In this document: positions 28,086 through 35,416 of the stretch, one piece after another | Layout: the number at the start of each line of letters is the position of its first letter | How positions within the stretch are numbered: the stretch's first letter is position 1 | From: a virus | Lineage: Duplodnaviria; Heunggongvirae; Uroviricota; Caudoviricetes | DNA length: 64,000 bases | IMG/VR virus record: IMGVR_UViG_2974636330_000001 | Location: 21,023-85,022 of that record | Reading direction: 5' to 3' (one strand) | Notes under the pieces: generated by a model | The model's database searches: none | Seen by the model: only the letters and a program-made list of their open reading frames with translations | What the model was told of the DNA's origin: nothing | Program-made: the position numbers and the translations under genes

Positions 28086-28562
28086 ATGGCACGCGATACC
28101 ATCTTCAAGGTGACCGACAACAAGCTCGGCACCACCGTCCTCGTCCAAGCCGCCAGCAAGCGCAAGGCCGAGAAGTTCCTCGAAACCGGCCGCTTCGTTG
28201 CCGAGAAGGCTTCCCCGGAAGAAATCACCCGCGCGGTGAATGAAGGTGGCAAGATTCTGGTCGAAGGCCCGCACGTTCCGTCCAGCGGCGACGTGGACCC
28301 GGCGCAGACCGCCACCGTCATCCACAACGGCCAGATGCTGGCCAACCCGGCAGAAGCAAAGGCTCCGCTGGCCGAGAAGGCTCCCGAGAAGAACCTCGAA
28401 AGCTGGCCGGCTGGTCATGAAGCTGGCGTCCAGCCGAGCGTCGAAGGTGGTCTGGCCGAAGCCGAGCAGGCTGATCAGGTCGTCAAGGAGCAGGCTGCTG
28501 GCGTGATCGCCTCCGACCTGCACGCCGCCGAAGGTGCCGAGAAGGCCACCGACGCCGAGTAA
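28086..28562 (+). CDS. hypothetical protein
   Basis: RBS GGAGAG; 158 aa, Ala/Glu-rich C-terminal half. Confidence 0.5.
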   Translation: MARDTIFKVTDNKLGTTVLVQAASKRKAEKFLETGRFVAEKASPEEITRAVNEGGKILVEGPHVPSSGDVDPAQTATVIHNGQMLANPAEAKAPLAEKAPEKNLESWPAGHEAGVQPSVEGGLAEAEQADQVVKEQAAGVIASDLHAAEGAEKATDAE

Positions 28563-28860
28563 TTGAAGTACCCCTGATTGCGGTCTCCCCACCGCAATGG
28601 GCGTAGCGCCTCCCCAGCGAACCGCCCCGCGTGCATCCGGCGATACGGGCCAGATAGTCCGGTTCCCCCCTGTTCCGGGGCTATCTGAGAGGCACCTGAC
28701 AGCTATCGGCTCACCGTTGACTGGAGTCACCGCCAGAAGAATACGGACAAGTCGGCCCGACTGAAACTCAGGTGCCTCCCAGATAGGTCCGAACAACCCA
28801 GAGAAGGAGAAGACCATGAAGTAGGTCTACAAGCCGCCCTAACGTCGTCCATGTTGTCTC
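28563..28860 (+). ncRNA. candidate structured non-coding RNA upstream of the tRNA cluster
   Basis: No plausible + strand ORF. An 8-bp hairpin ATTGCGGT/ACCGCAAT (28577-28598). Hairpin GATAGTCCGG...CCGGGGCTATC (28641-28674). A 19-bp long-range stem CTATCTGAGAGGCACCTGA (28680-28698) pairing with TCAGGTGCCTCCCAGATAG (28768-28786), enclosing further hairpins. Confidence 0.3.
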
Positions 28861-28904
28861 CCGTAGTACCCACAGAAAGACCTCAAATCAAATTGGAGAA
28901 CACC

Positions 28905-29240
28905 ATGTACGACAAGACCCAGACCAAGATCATCGACCGCCGCGAAATGCTGAAGGTCAAGCTGAAGTCCCTCGCTGCCGAGGCTCGCATCATCCGCAAG
29001 GAAGAGAGCAAGACCCACGGCGCACTGCGTGATGAACTGCACCGCCACCGCGTCGGCATTGTCCGCGAAGTGGCCCGCAGCACCCACATCGCATACGGGA
29101 TCATCCGGGGTAAGACCCTCGACCAGATCGAGCCGAATCGTCAGACGGAGCCGAACTGGGAAGCGATCAACAAGATGATCATGAAGTACGGCCCGCTGAA
29201 CACCGAAGAACGTGCGAAGCTGGTGGTGAAGGCGGCTTAA
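28905..29240 (+). CDS. hypothetical protein
   Basis: Leader AATTGGAGAACACCATG; 111 aa; ends 7 nt before the first tRNA. Confidence 0.5.
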   Translation: MYDKTQTKIIDRREMLKVKLKSLAAEARIIRKEESKTHGALRDELHRHRVGIVREVARSTHIAYGIIRGKTLDQIEPNRQTEPNWEAINKMIMKYGPLNTEERAKLVVKAA

Positions 29241-29247
29241 AAGTTAC

Positions 29248-29320
29248 GGCGAGTTAGCTCAGTTGGTAGAGCAGCAGACTCTAAATCAGAAGGTCACGGG
29301 TTCGATTCCCGTACTCGCCG
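29248..29320 (+). tRNA. tRNA-like gene with apparent anticodon CTA (amber-reading), weak anticodon stem
   Basis: Perfect acceptor stem GGCGAGT/ACTCGCC, D-arm GCTC-AGTTGGTA-GAGC, T-arm ACGGG-TTCGATT-CCCGT. The anticodon arm GCAGA-CTCTAAA-TCAGA has two non-Watson-Crick pairs. Loop CT-CTA-AA puts CTA at positions 34-36. Confidence 0.45.
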
Positions 29321-29353
29321 CAGTATGGTAGAGTAGTCCCCTTCCACGAACAC

Positions 29354-29429
29354 ACACCCATCATCTAGTTGGTCAGGATACCGGCCTTTCACGTCGTTAA
29401 CACGGGTTCGAATCCCGTTGGGTGTACCA
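29354..29429 (+). tRNA. tRNA-Glu (anticodon TTC), CCA encoded
   Basis: Acceptor ACACCCA/TGGGTGT. Anticodon arm CCGGC-CTTTCAC-GTCGT, the same loop as E. coli tRNA-Glu. T-arm ACGGG-TTCGAAT-CCCGT. Confidence 0.6.
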
Positions 29430-29436
29430 GCAAGAC

Positions 29437-29513
29437 GCGATGTTAACTCAGTCTGGTAGAGTCGCAGCCTTCCAAGCTGTCGGTCAAGGGTTCGAATCCC
29501 TTACATCGCTCCA
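29437..29513 (+). tRNA. tRNA-Gly (anticodon TCC), CCA encoded
   Basis: Acceptor GCGATGT/ACATCGC, D-arm ACTC/GAGT, anticodon arm GCAGC-CTTCCAA-GCTGT, T-arm AAGGG-TTCGAAT-CCCTT. Confidence 0.7.
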
Positions 29514-29522
29514 AGTTGTATC

Positions 29523-29608
29523 GGGTGGAGTTATCAGATGGGCGCTGAACCAGACTGTAAATCTGGTGTCTCCGGACTCGCTAGGTTCGACTCCTAGTCT
29601 ACCCACCA
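29523..29608 (+). tRNA. tRNA-Tyr (anticodon GTA), long variable arm, CCA encoded
   Basis: Acceptor GGGTGGA/TCTACCC, anticodon arm CCAGA-CTGTAAA-TCTGG, long variable arm, T-arm CTAGG-TTCGACT-CCTAG. Confidence 0.6.
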
Positions 29609-29625
29609 GTTGAAAGGGTGTTGTC

Positions 29626-29639
29626 TGCAATCAATTGCA
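29626..29639 (+). repeat. TGCAATCAATTGCA (non-coding, after tRNA-Tyr)
   Basis: exact match. Confidence 0.9.
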
Positions 29640-29644
29640 GGCAG

Positions 29645-30104
29645 CATCTGAAACCCTCTCAGGTCCAGCAGTAGCTGCGGACTGAAGTGGTCACCGATTA
29701 CGGGGTTCTCTATCTCCATAACCGGCTACGCGGGAGGGTTTCAGATGTTGCCTCGGATAGATGGGTGAGTGGCTTAAACCGGCGACCTGCTACGTCGCTT
29801 CCTCGAAAGGGGACGAAGGTTCGAATCCTTCTCTATCCGCCAGCATCGTCTACAGACCCCGCGTTGACCGGCGATACGGTCGAGAGGTAGGAGGGTGGCT
29901 TGACCTAGCGCGGTGGCCCGGCAGGGAGATACCGGTTAAAGCGAGGATCAACCTCGGCTGTCAGGCCACCCTCCTACGGACTGCATAGATGGGCGGCTTT
30001 GCCGTCAGGAAATTACACCGGCAGTCAGTCCTCCTGCGGAGGCCACCGGTCCCTATGTCTCCTGAAACAAAGCGGATTCGACCGAGATAGGCCGCCCTTC
30101 TATG
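29645..30104 (+). ncRNA. three tandem long-stem structured elements between/after the tRNAs
   Basis: Perfect 14-bp inverted repeat CATCTGAAACCCTC (29645-58) with GAGGGTTTCAGATG (29734-47). A 13-bp stem GTAGGAGGGTGGC (29887-99) with GCCACCCTCCTAC (29965-77). A 14-bp stem CATAGATGGGCGGC (29984-97) with GCCGCCCTTCTATG (30091-104). No credible ORF in the region. Confidence 0.3.
29755..29842 (+). tRNA. tRNA-Ser (anticodon GCT), long variable arm, CCA encoded
   Basis: Acceptor GGATAGA/TCTATCC, anticodon arm GCGAC-CTGCTAC-GTCGC, long variable arm, T-arm GAAGG-TTCGAAT-CCTTC. Confidence 0.65.
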
Positions 30105-30246
30105 TTGTCCAATGGTGGACGCTGGCATTCCCTTCGAGCGGGACAGGGCCAGCAAGGCAACCTCAGTAGCGGGCCAGTCGTGAGACTCGCGGGAAACCAC
30201 TACATGCCTTGTCGCACGACACCGGGACGACGCCAAATAATGGAGT

Positions 30247-30316
30247 AATAAGGCGAAAAGCCTTGCGCAATCGGAGACATTTGCTATGCTCTCCGCTCAC
30301 CACAACGGGGCAATTC
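30247..30316 (+). promoter_or_regulatory. promoter: AAGGCGAAAAG, TTGCGC(30264-69)-N15-TATGCT(30285-90)
   Basis: Conserved cassette downstream of the tRNA/ncRNA block. Confidence 0.45.
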
Positions 30317-31087
30317 ATGGATAAGAAAGTACAGGCGGCGCTGTCGGCAAAGATCGACGTGCGCGGTGAAGACTACACGGTCGAGCAGGCCCTCCTGAGC
30401 GCACACGGACACTTCGCCCCCGAAGACCTGATCAAGGCGATTCTGGACAGCCAGAAGCCGGAGGGCTTCATTGTTACGGGCCTGAGCGATTCCGAGCTGG
30501 TTTCGAAGTTGCAGGAAGTCGGCCACGCCGAAAGCGTCCGTGACATTCTCGTCAGCCGGATCGGCGTCCCCGCCCACACGGTGTTGATCGATGAAATGAC
30601 CTACGCCAACTGGAAGACGCGGTACAACGTTGAAACGTTGGCTGTGAACGGTGAAGCGTACTGGTACTGGCAAGGGGACAAGGAAGACTACCCGGAGAGT
30701 CTGACCTGCCCCGTCATCATGTCGGCAGAGCAGCTGCGCGAAATGCTGGGCAACGCCAACCGTTACAAGACATGGCGCGACTCGATGATCGCCCATCTGT
30801 TGGAAGATCAGCTGGTGATCCAGCAGGCTCTGCCGGAAGAAGTTGGCGAAAGTCGCCCACCAACCGCACAGGAGTGGGACAAGGCCATCGACGCCCTCCG
30901 AGCAGTGAAAGAGTCCGGCAAGAAGTGCGATCACTGCGACAACGGCAAGGTGATCAACGAGAACTCCCGAATGGCAGAAAGCTGCCGCCATTGTCAGCCG
31001 AAGTGCATCTGGCCCGACTGCGGCCACGACACGAACCGGGTGGGCTATGGCGCTGAAGGTTGCAACGGCGTGGGCTGCGTCAAGTGA
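30317..31087 (+). CDS. hypothetical protein with C-terminal Cys cluster
   Basis: ATG after the leader CACAACGGGGCAATTCATG, behind TTGCGC-N15-TATGCT. 256 aa; C-terminus CDHCDNGK...CRHCQPKCIWPDCGH...CNGVGC. Confidence 0.5.
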   Translation: MDKKVQAALSAKIDVRGEDYTVEQALLSAHGHFAPEDLIKAILDSQKPEGFIVTGLSDSELVSKLQEVGHAESVRDILVSRIGVPAHTVLIDEMTYANWKTRYNVETLAVNGEAYWYWQGDKEDYPESLTCPVIMSAEQLREMLGNANRYKTWRDSMIAHLLEDQLVIQQALPEEVGESRPPTAQEWDKAIDALRAVKESGKKCDHCDNGKVINENSRMAESCRHCQPKCIWPDCGHDTNRVGYGAEGCNGVGCVK

Positions 31088-31650
31088 TTTCCCAAGTCCT
31101 GTTCAACGCCCTGAAAGACCCGAGCTATTGCCCCTACTGCATGAAGTGCTACGGGGCAGTCCGTATGACCAAAGTCGCCCCGTACCTGTGGGAACACAAG
31201 AAGTGCGGCGCGATCCACGACGAACGCGAGAACGCCAAGAGGCACAAGATGGAAAAGACCATGCACCCGGACGATGTTGCGGTGGACCTGTTCGCGGGCT
31301 TCATGAAGAACAAGATGGCCGATTCCCGCCTGAAAGGGCGCAGCGGCTGGAATGATCCGGTGGACTGCCCGACCCAGCATCTGGTGAACCTGCTCCACGG
31401 GCATATCCAGAAGGGTGACCCGGTGGACGTGGCCAACTTCTGCATGATGCTGCACGCACGCGGAGCCAAGGTCACGGCACCGACCGCCAGCCTGTTCGAA
31501 ATCCAGTACCCGCCGCAAGTCCCGGCGCTGGACCTGATCAAGTACCCGGAGTTCGTGCGCAGCGAAGACCGGGCCAAGCGTATCTGTCAGGCCGTACGTG
31601 ATGCCCACGGCGTCGCGGCGACCTATCGTGGTTTCATCCCGGTCAACTGA
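31084..31650 (+). CDS. hypothetical Cys-containing protein
   Basis: GTG start overlapping the upstream TGA (alternatively ATG at 31141); 188 aa. Confidence 0.4.
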   Translation: MISQVLFNALKDPSYCPYCMKCYGAVRMTKVAPYLWEHKKCGAIHDERENAKRHKMEKTMHPDDVAVDLFAGFMKNKMADSRLKGRSGWNDPVDCPTQHLVNLLHGHIQKGDPVDVANFCMMLHARGAKVTAPTASLFEIQYPPQVPALDLIKYPEFVRSEDRAKRICQAVRDAHGVAATYRGFIPVN

Positions 31651-31669
31651 CCACAACTGGAGAAGTAGA

Positions 31670-32467
31670 GTGAACAAGCTGTTGCTGATGGTACTGATGG
31701 TGGTGCTGGCCTTGACCGGCTGTACGATGGTCTCCCCGGACCCGGGTCAGGAGGCTGTCCTGATCGACAAGCCGATCCTGTTCGGCGACGGTGGTGTCCG
31801 TCTGGATGACGTGCGTCCGGCTGGCCTGACCTACACGTGGTGGACCACCGAGAAGGAATACATCGACGTGACCCCGCAGACGGTGCAGGTCCAGTTCGAT
31901 GACTTCTCGTCGTCCGACAATATCCTGCTGGACTTCCAGACGCAGATTCAGTACCGGATCACCGGCTCCGGCGTGCTGTTGGCCAAGTTCGGCAAGGACT
32001 GGTTCAAGAACAACGTCGCCAGCCAGTACGCCGCCATCGTCCGTGATCAGGTCAAGCGTTACGACATGACCAAGATGATGAGCGATCCGAATACGGCCAG
32101 CCAGATCGACACCGAAGTGACCAAGCAAGTGCGTGAACTGCTGGCCGAGCAGAAGATTCCGGTGGAAATCATGAACGTCACGCTGGGCAAGGCCAAGCCG
32201 AACCCGAACGTGCTGGAGCAGATGAACCAGACGGCAGCCCAGCAGCAGCGCGTCAAGACATTGGTCGAAGCGACGAACGCCGAGAACCAGCGAGAGCAGG
32301 AGCAGCTGGCCAAGGCCAAGGCTGACAACGCCTACCGTCAGGCAATGAGCCTGTCCCCGGAAATGTATCTGGCCCGCGAAATCGCCGAGCTGAATGCCGA
32401 AGCCTGCAAGGCCGCGAAGGGTGGCTGCTACATGGTGCCGTCCGGCACGTCGGTTCTCGCAAAATAA
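31670..32467 (+). CDS. lipoprotein with SPFH/band-7-like domain
   Basis: GTG after RBS GGAGAAGTAGA. Signal peptide VNKLLLMVLMVVLALTGC (lipobox LTGC). The body resembles HflK/C-stomatin SPFH domains, with a coiled-coil region QQQRVKTLVEATNAENQREQEQLAKAKA. Confidence 0.45.
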   Translation: MNKLLLMVLMVVLALTGCTMVSPDPGQEAVLIDKPILFGDGGVRLDDVRPAGLTYTWWTTEKEYIDVTPQTVQVQFDDFSSSDNILLDFQTQIQYRITGSGVLLAKFGKDWFKNNVASQYAAIVRDQVKRYDMTKMMSDPNTASQIDTEVTKQVRELLAEQKIPVEIMNVTLGKAKPNPNVLEQMNQTAAQQQRVKTLVEATNAENQREQEQLAKAKADNAYRQAMSLSPEMYLAREIAELNAEACKAAKGGCYMVPSGTSVLAK

Positions 32468-32562
32468 TGCGAAAACAGGCGAAATAAAAGACGAAAGCCC
32501 TTCCAATTGGAGGGGCTTTTGCTATTATAAATCCATCAAGTCGCAAACCAATGGAGTGAATC
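32468..32562 (+). promoter_or_regulatory. GCGAAAA repeats, terminator hairpin (GCCCTTCCAATTGGAGGGGCTTTT) fused to -10 TATTAT, leader CCAATGGAGTGA
   Basis: Same layout as 8839-8935. Confidence 0.5.
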
Positions 32563-32790
32563 ATGAAGACCATCGCCCTGCCCAGCCCGAAAGACTTCCC
32601 GAACGCCAAGGAGTTCTCCATGGAACTGGCCCGGGCACGCTGGATCAACAGTGAGACTGGTGAAGCTCGCGCCGTGGCTTATGCGGAATATATGGAAGCC
32701 CGCAAGGTGTTCGAAGGAACCCAGAACATCGCTGGCAAGTTCGAAGGCATGAACGGTGAGTTCGCCGTCTTCTCGGGTGTCAGCCTGTGA
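32563..32790 (+). CDS. small hypothetical protein
   Basis: Leader CCAATGGAGTGAATCATG after a terminator plus TATTAT -10. Confidence 0.5.
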   Translation: MKTIALPSPKDFPNAKEFSMELARARWINSETGEARAVAYAEYMEARKVFEGTQNIAGKFEGMNGEFAVFSGVSL

Positions 32791-33227
32791 GCTACAAGCA
32801 CCGCAAGGCAGAAATGAAGCGGCAGCGTGAGGTAGACCGCGCCGTAAGGGCTGAAGAACGGCAGTCAAGGATTGCCAAGAAGTTCAAGAAGCCTGCCTTT
32901 ACCCCGCTCAAACCGCGTGAATCCAAGTACGTAGAGACGGATTCCATGCGGAGGGTGCGGGAATTGCCGTCCTTCCAAGCACTGTCAGACCCGAAGCCCA
33001 GTATGGAGCTGGCCATGTCCGACATGGACATGACCCAGTTGGAGGCGCGAGTGATGGCATTCGCAGGTACGGAAGAAGGTGCCAAGTATCTGAAGGAGTT
33101 CGAAGCCCGGGTGAAGTCCAAGGACTACGCCGCGCAGCTGGCTCCGCTGTATCCCAAGGGTCCGTATCAGCTGATTACCGACCCGAACGCCCCGAAAATG
33201 TTCAATAAGAAGGATGGTGGACTGTGA
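32787..33227 (+). CDS. basic hypothetical protein
   Basis: 146 aa with a Lys/Arg-rich N-terminus; GTGA/ATGA-type overlap. Confidence 0.45.
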   Translation: MSYKHRKAEMKRQREVDRAVRAEERQSRIAKKFKKPAFTPLKPRESKYVETDSMRRVRELPSFQALSDPKPSMELAMSDMDMTQLEARVMAFAGTEEGAKYLKEFEARVKSKDYAAQLAPLYPKGPYQLITDPNAPKMFNKKDGGL

Positions 33228-33574
33228 AGTACAAGCCGCAGAAGGTGTCCGATGTGCAGATGGCTTTCCCGGGTGAGCTGGGTGATTTGCTGCCCCCGCT
33301 GAAAGACATTCCGGCAGAATACAAAGACCCGAACTGTAAGCTGCCGTTCTTCCAGTTCATGGGCGATTGGTTCTACTCGGGTGTGCAGGTGACGGGCGCA
33401 GTGGCCGCTGAAGGCATCGACGGCAATGATGCTGTCCGCCACGTCAAGTGCATCATGGGCAGCTTCGAACCGAAGCACGAACACAAGATGGCCGCCATCG
33501 GCTGGCTTATGAGCCTGTGGTTCAAGAAGATCATCTACGTCAAGAAGGACGGCACGGAGGTGATCTGTGAGTAA
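33224..33574 (+). CDS. hypothetical protein
   Basis: 116-aa ORF with overlap coupling. Confidence 0.45.
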   Translation: MKYKPQKVSDVQMAFPGELGDLLPPLKDIPAEYKDPNCKLPFFQFMGDWFYSGVQVTGAVAAEGIDGNDAVRHVKCIMGSFEPKHEHKMAAIGWLMSLWFKKIIYVKKDGTEVICE

Positions 33575-34721
33575 GGGCAAGTACGGCTTCGGATACGGGG
33601 TCAAGAGCCTGCAAGACGCCATCAAGTCCTCGAACGGCAAGGCTCTGCAACTGGAGCAGGCCAAACAGATGGTGGCTGATGCCAAGAAGAACATGTTTCT
33701 CGACTTCGAAGTGATCGAAACCAAGCACATGCCTCCCAGCATGGCAGCGGTGGTCCCGAAGGGTATTCTCCATAGCCACGGCAAGACCGCGACGGGTTCG
33801 TTCCAGACCAAGAACTACCCGATCCAATCGGCGATGGTCGATGCTTCCCTGAGCTTGCAAGCAATGGCTGAGAAGTTCAAAGCCGCAGGGGCAGGCATCA
33901 CCCAGATGGGTGACATGATGATCATTGATTCGATCCCCACTGAAATACAGCAGATGCTGGGCCAGCAGAAGCTGACGATGGCAGACCTGCTGGGTGGCTC
34001 GGCCAACAGCGTGCAATCAATTGCACCACCCAGCATCAAGGAGTACATGGCCGGTGGGGCTAACTACGTCGAGTCCCCGTGCCCGGACTTTGCCTACGTG
34101 GCGAAGCCGACAGGGGCCGACGTTCTGCGCCGTCTGAAAGAGTTGGGTTTCGAAGGCAGCGACCTGTTCCAACCGAAAGACGCTGAGGCCCTTCCTCCCA
34201 ACAGCAAGAAGATCGGGGACAGTCAGGTCCACACCCCGATTGATGTGCTGGAAAGCATGATGGAAGAAGCGGGTCCGATGTACGCTGACCTTCAGTTCGC
34301 TGTCGGCGCGCTGACCGCCGTGACCGGCATGTTCCGGCAGATGCGGAACGAGATTACCCACCTTCGGAATATGGTGCTGAAGCCTGTAGCCGATGGCTGC
34401 GAGTTTGACAAAACCGCGTTCGAAGAGCAAGCTGACATTGTTTTGAACCGGTACGAAACACGTATCAAGCAGATGGAAGACCTCGACACCTTCGTCAAGG
34501 TTTACGACAGGAACGCAGCACCGGGACGCATCAAGGGCGCGTGGAGGAAGAAGGCATGGCAGAAGGTGACCAAGAAGGACGGGCAGATCATCAAGACGAC
34601 TCTCTGCCAGACGGAACCGAAGCAGAAGTGGGTAAAAGGCGAGTATCAGTACGATGTGCCAGAAGGCACGGAAGTTCGTCAGGTCTGGATTGTCCGCACG
34701 CCCCAGCTGCTTGGGTTGTAA
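33567..34721 (+). CDS. hypothetical protein (384 aa)
   Basis: Long ORF with coding-like composition. Confidence 0.5.
   Translation: MSKGKYGFGYGVKSLQDAIKSSNGKALQLEQAKQMVADAKKNMFLDFEVIETKHMPPSMAAVVPKGILHSHGKTATGSFQTKNYPIQSAMVDASLSLQAMAEKFKAAGAGITQMGDMMIIDSIPTEIQQMLGQQKLTMADLLGGSANSVQSIAPPSIKEYMAGGANYVESPCPDFAYVAKPTGADVLRRLKELGFEGSDLFQPKDAEALPPNSKKIGDSQVHTPIDVLESMMEEAGPMYADLQFAVGALTAVTGMFRQMRNEITHLRNMVLKPVADGCEFDKTAFEEQADIVLNRYETRIKQMEDLDTFVKVYDRNAAPGRIKGAWRKKAWQKVTKKDGQIIKTTLCQTEPKQKWVKGEYQYDVPEGTEVRQVWIVRTPQLLGL
34012..34025 (+). repeat. TGCAATCAATTGCA (in CDS, VQSIA)
   Basis: exact match. Confidence 0.9.
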
Positions 34722-34723
34722 TG

Positions 34724-35062
34724 TCAGATGAAGGTGACATGTGGGTAGCGTATGCCCACACGTACGAAGAAGCTGTTGCGAAGTCCCTCCCCAACTTCCC
34801 GGATGGTGGCAGGGTGGAAAGCGTTGACCGGGACGCTCGACTCGACAAGTATTCGCCCGGGCCAGCACCCATGTGGGAACTGCTGGCTTTGGCGTATGAG
34901 TGGGTTTGTTTGAACTGCGGGGCGCTGGTGAATGAAGACCTGTTCGATGCTGAAGAAGAGCGGGAGCTGAAGCCGGTGTTCGATGATGATATGCAACTGG
35001 TGTTTTGCTGCCCAGAGTGCGCAATCGAATACGAACGGGAGCAACGCGCCACCTTCCACTAA
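34724..35062 (+). CDS. small zinc-ribbon protein
   Basis: ATG 3 nt after the upstream stop; CLNCG...CCPEC motif pair. Confidence 0.4.
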   Translation, partial: SDEGDMWVAYAHTYEEAVAKSLPNFPDGGRVESVDRDARLDKYSPGPAPMWELLALAYEWVCLNCGALVNEDLFDAEEERELKPVFDDDMQLVFCCPECAIEYEREQRATFH

Positions 35063-35074
35063 CGGGGGCAGGGC

Positions 35075-35416
35075 ATGGCGGATGAAGCGGACTTGGCGGA
35101 CGGCTACGGGGAGACACTCGTAGCCATTGCGCTGATGGCGATGCAGACACATAGGTCAGTCGAAAACGATGAACCTTGTGAGTTCTGTGAAGAGAATCCC
35201 CGCGAAAAGCTTAGGAACGGGGTCTGTAGTAAACTGTGCGAACGGTGCAGGCTGGAGAAGGAAGCAGAGGACGCCTTGAAAGTCCTCCCCGTCACAGTAG
35301 TGGCGGAGCAGCCGCAGCAAGGTGACAACGAAGACGACACGTGGACTCCCACGATGATCGACAAGCGCACATATCGAAAGAACTGGATGATAAAGGGCGA
35401 TCCATGCGTATTTTAG
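35075..35416 (+). CDS. Cys-rich hypothetical protein
   Basis: 113 aa; CEFCEEN...CSKLCERC. Confidence 0.45.
   Translation: MADEADLADGYGETLVAIALMAMQTHRSVENDEPCEFCEENPREKLRNGVCSKLCERCRLEKEAEDALKVLPVTVVAEQPQQGDNEDDTWTPTMIDKRTYRKNWMIKGDPCVF

Noticed and set aside
27969-28817. 282-aa minus-strand ORF
   Set aside because: Antisense to the + strand gene 28086..28562, and it extends into the structured non-coding region. No support.
29321-29353. Possible extra tRNA fragment (AGTATGGTAGAGTAGTCCCCTTCC) between tRNA 1 and tRNA-Glu
   Set aside because: It resembles a D-arm and the 5' end of tRNA-Glu but cannot be folded into a cloverleaf. It is probably a remnant of a duplication.
29422-30236. Short ORFs (29422..29613, 29687..29890, 29761..29988, 29961..30236 minus) in the tRNA/ncRNA region
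   Set aside because: They overlap confidently folded tRNAs or long perfect RNA stems and have no start context.
34541-35062. 173-aa + ORF from the track starting at 34541
   Set aside because: Its 5' two-thirds overlaps the well-supported 33567..34721 gene in another frame. Only the part from ATG 34724, directly after that gene's stop, is taken as real.
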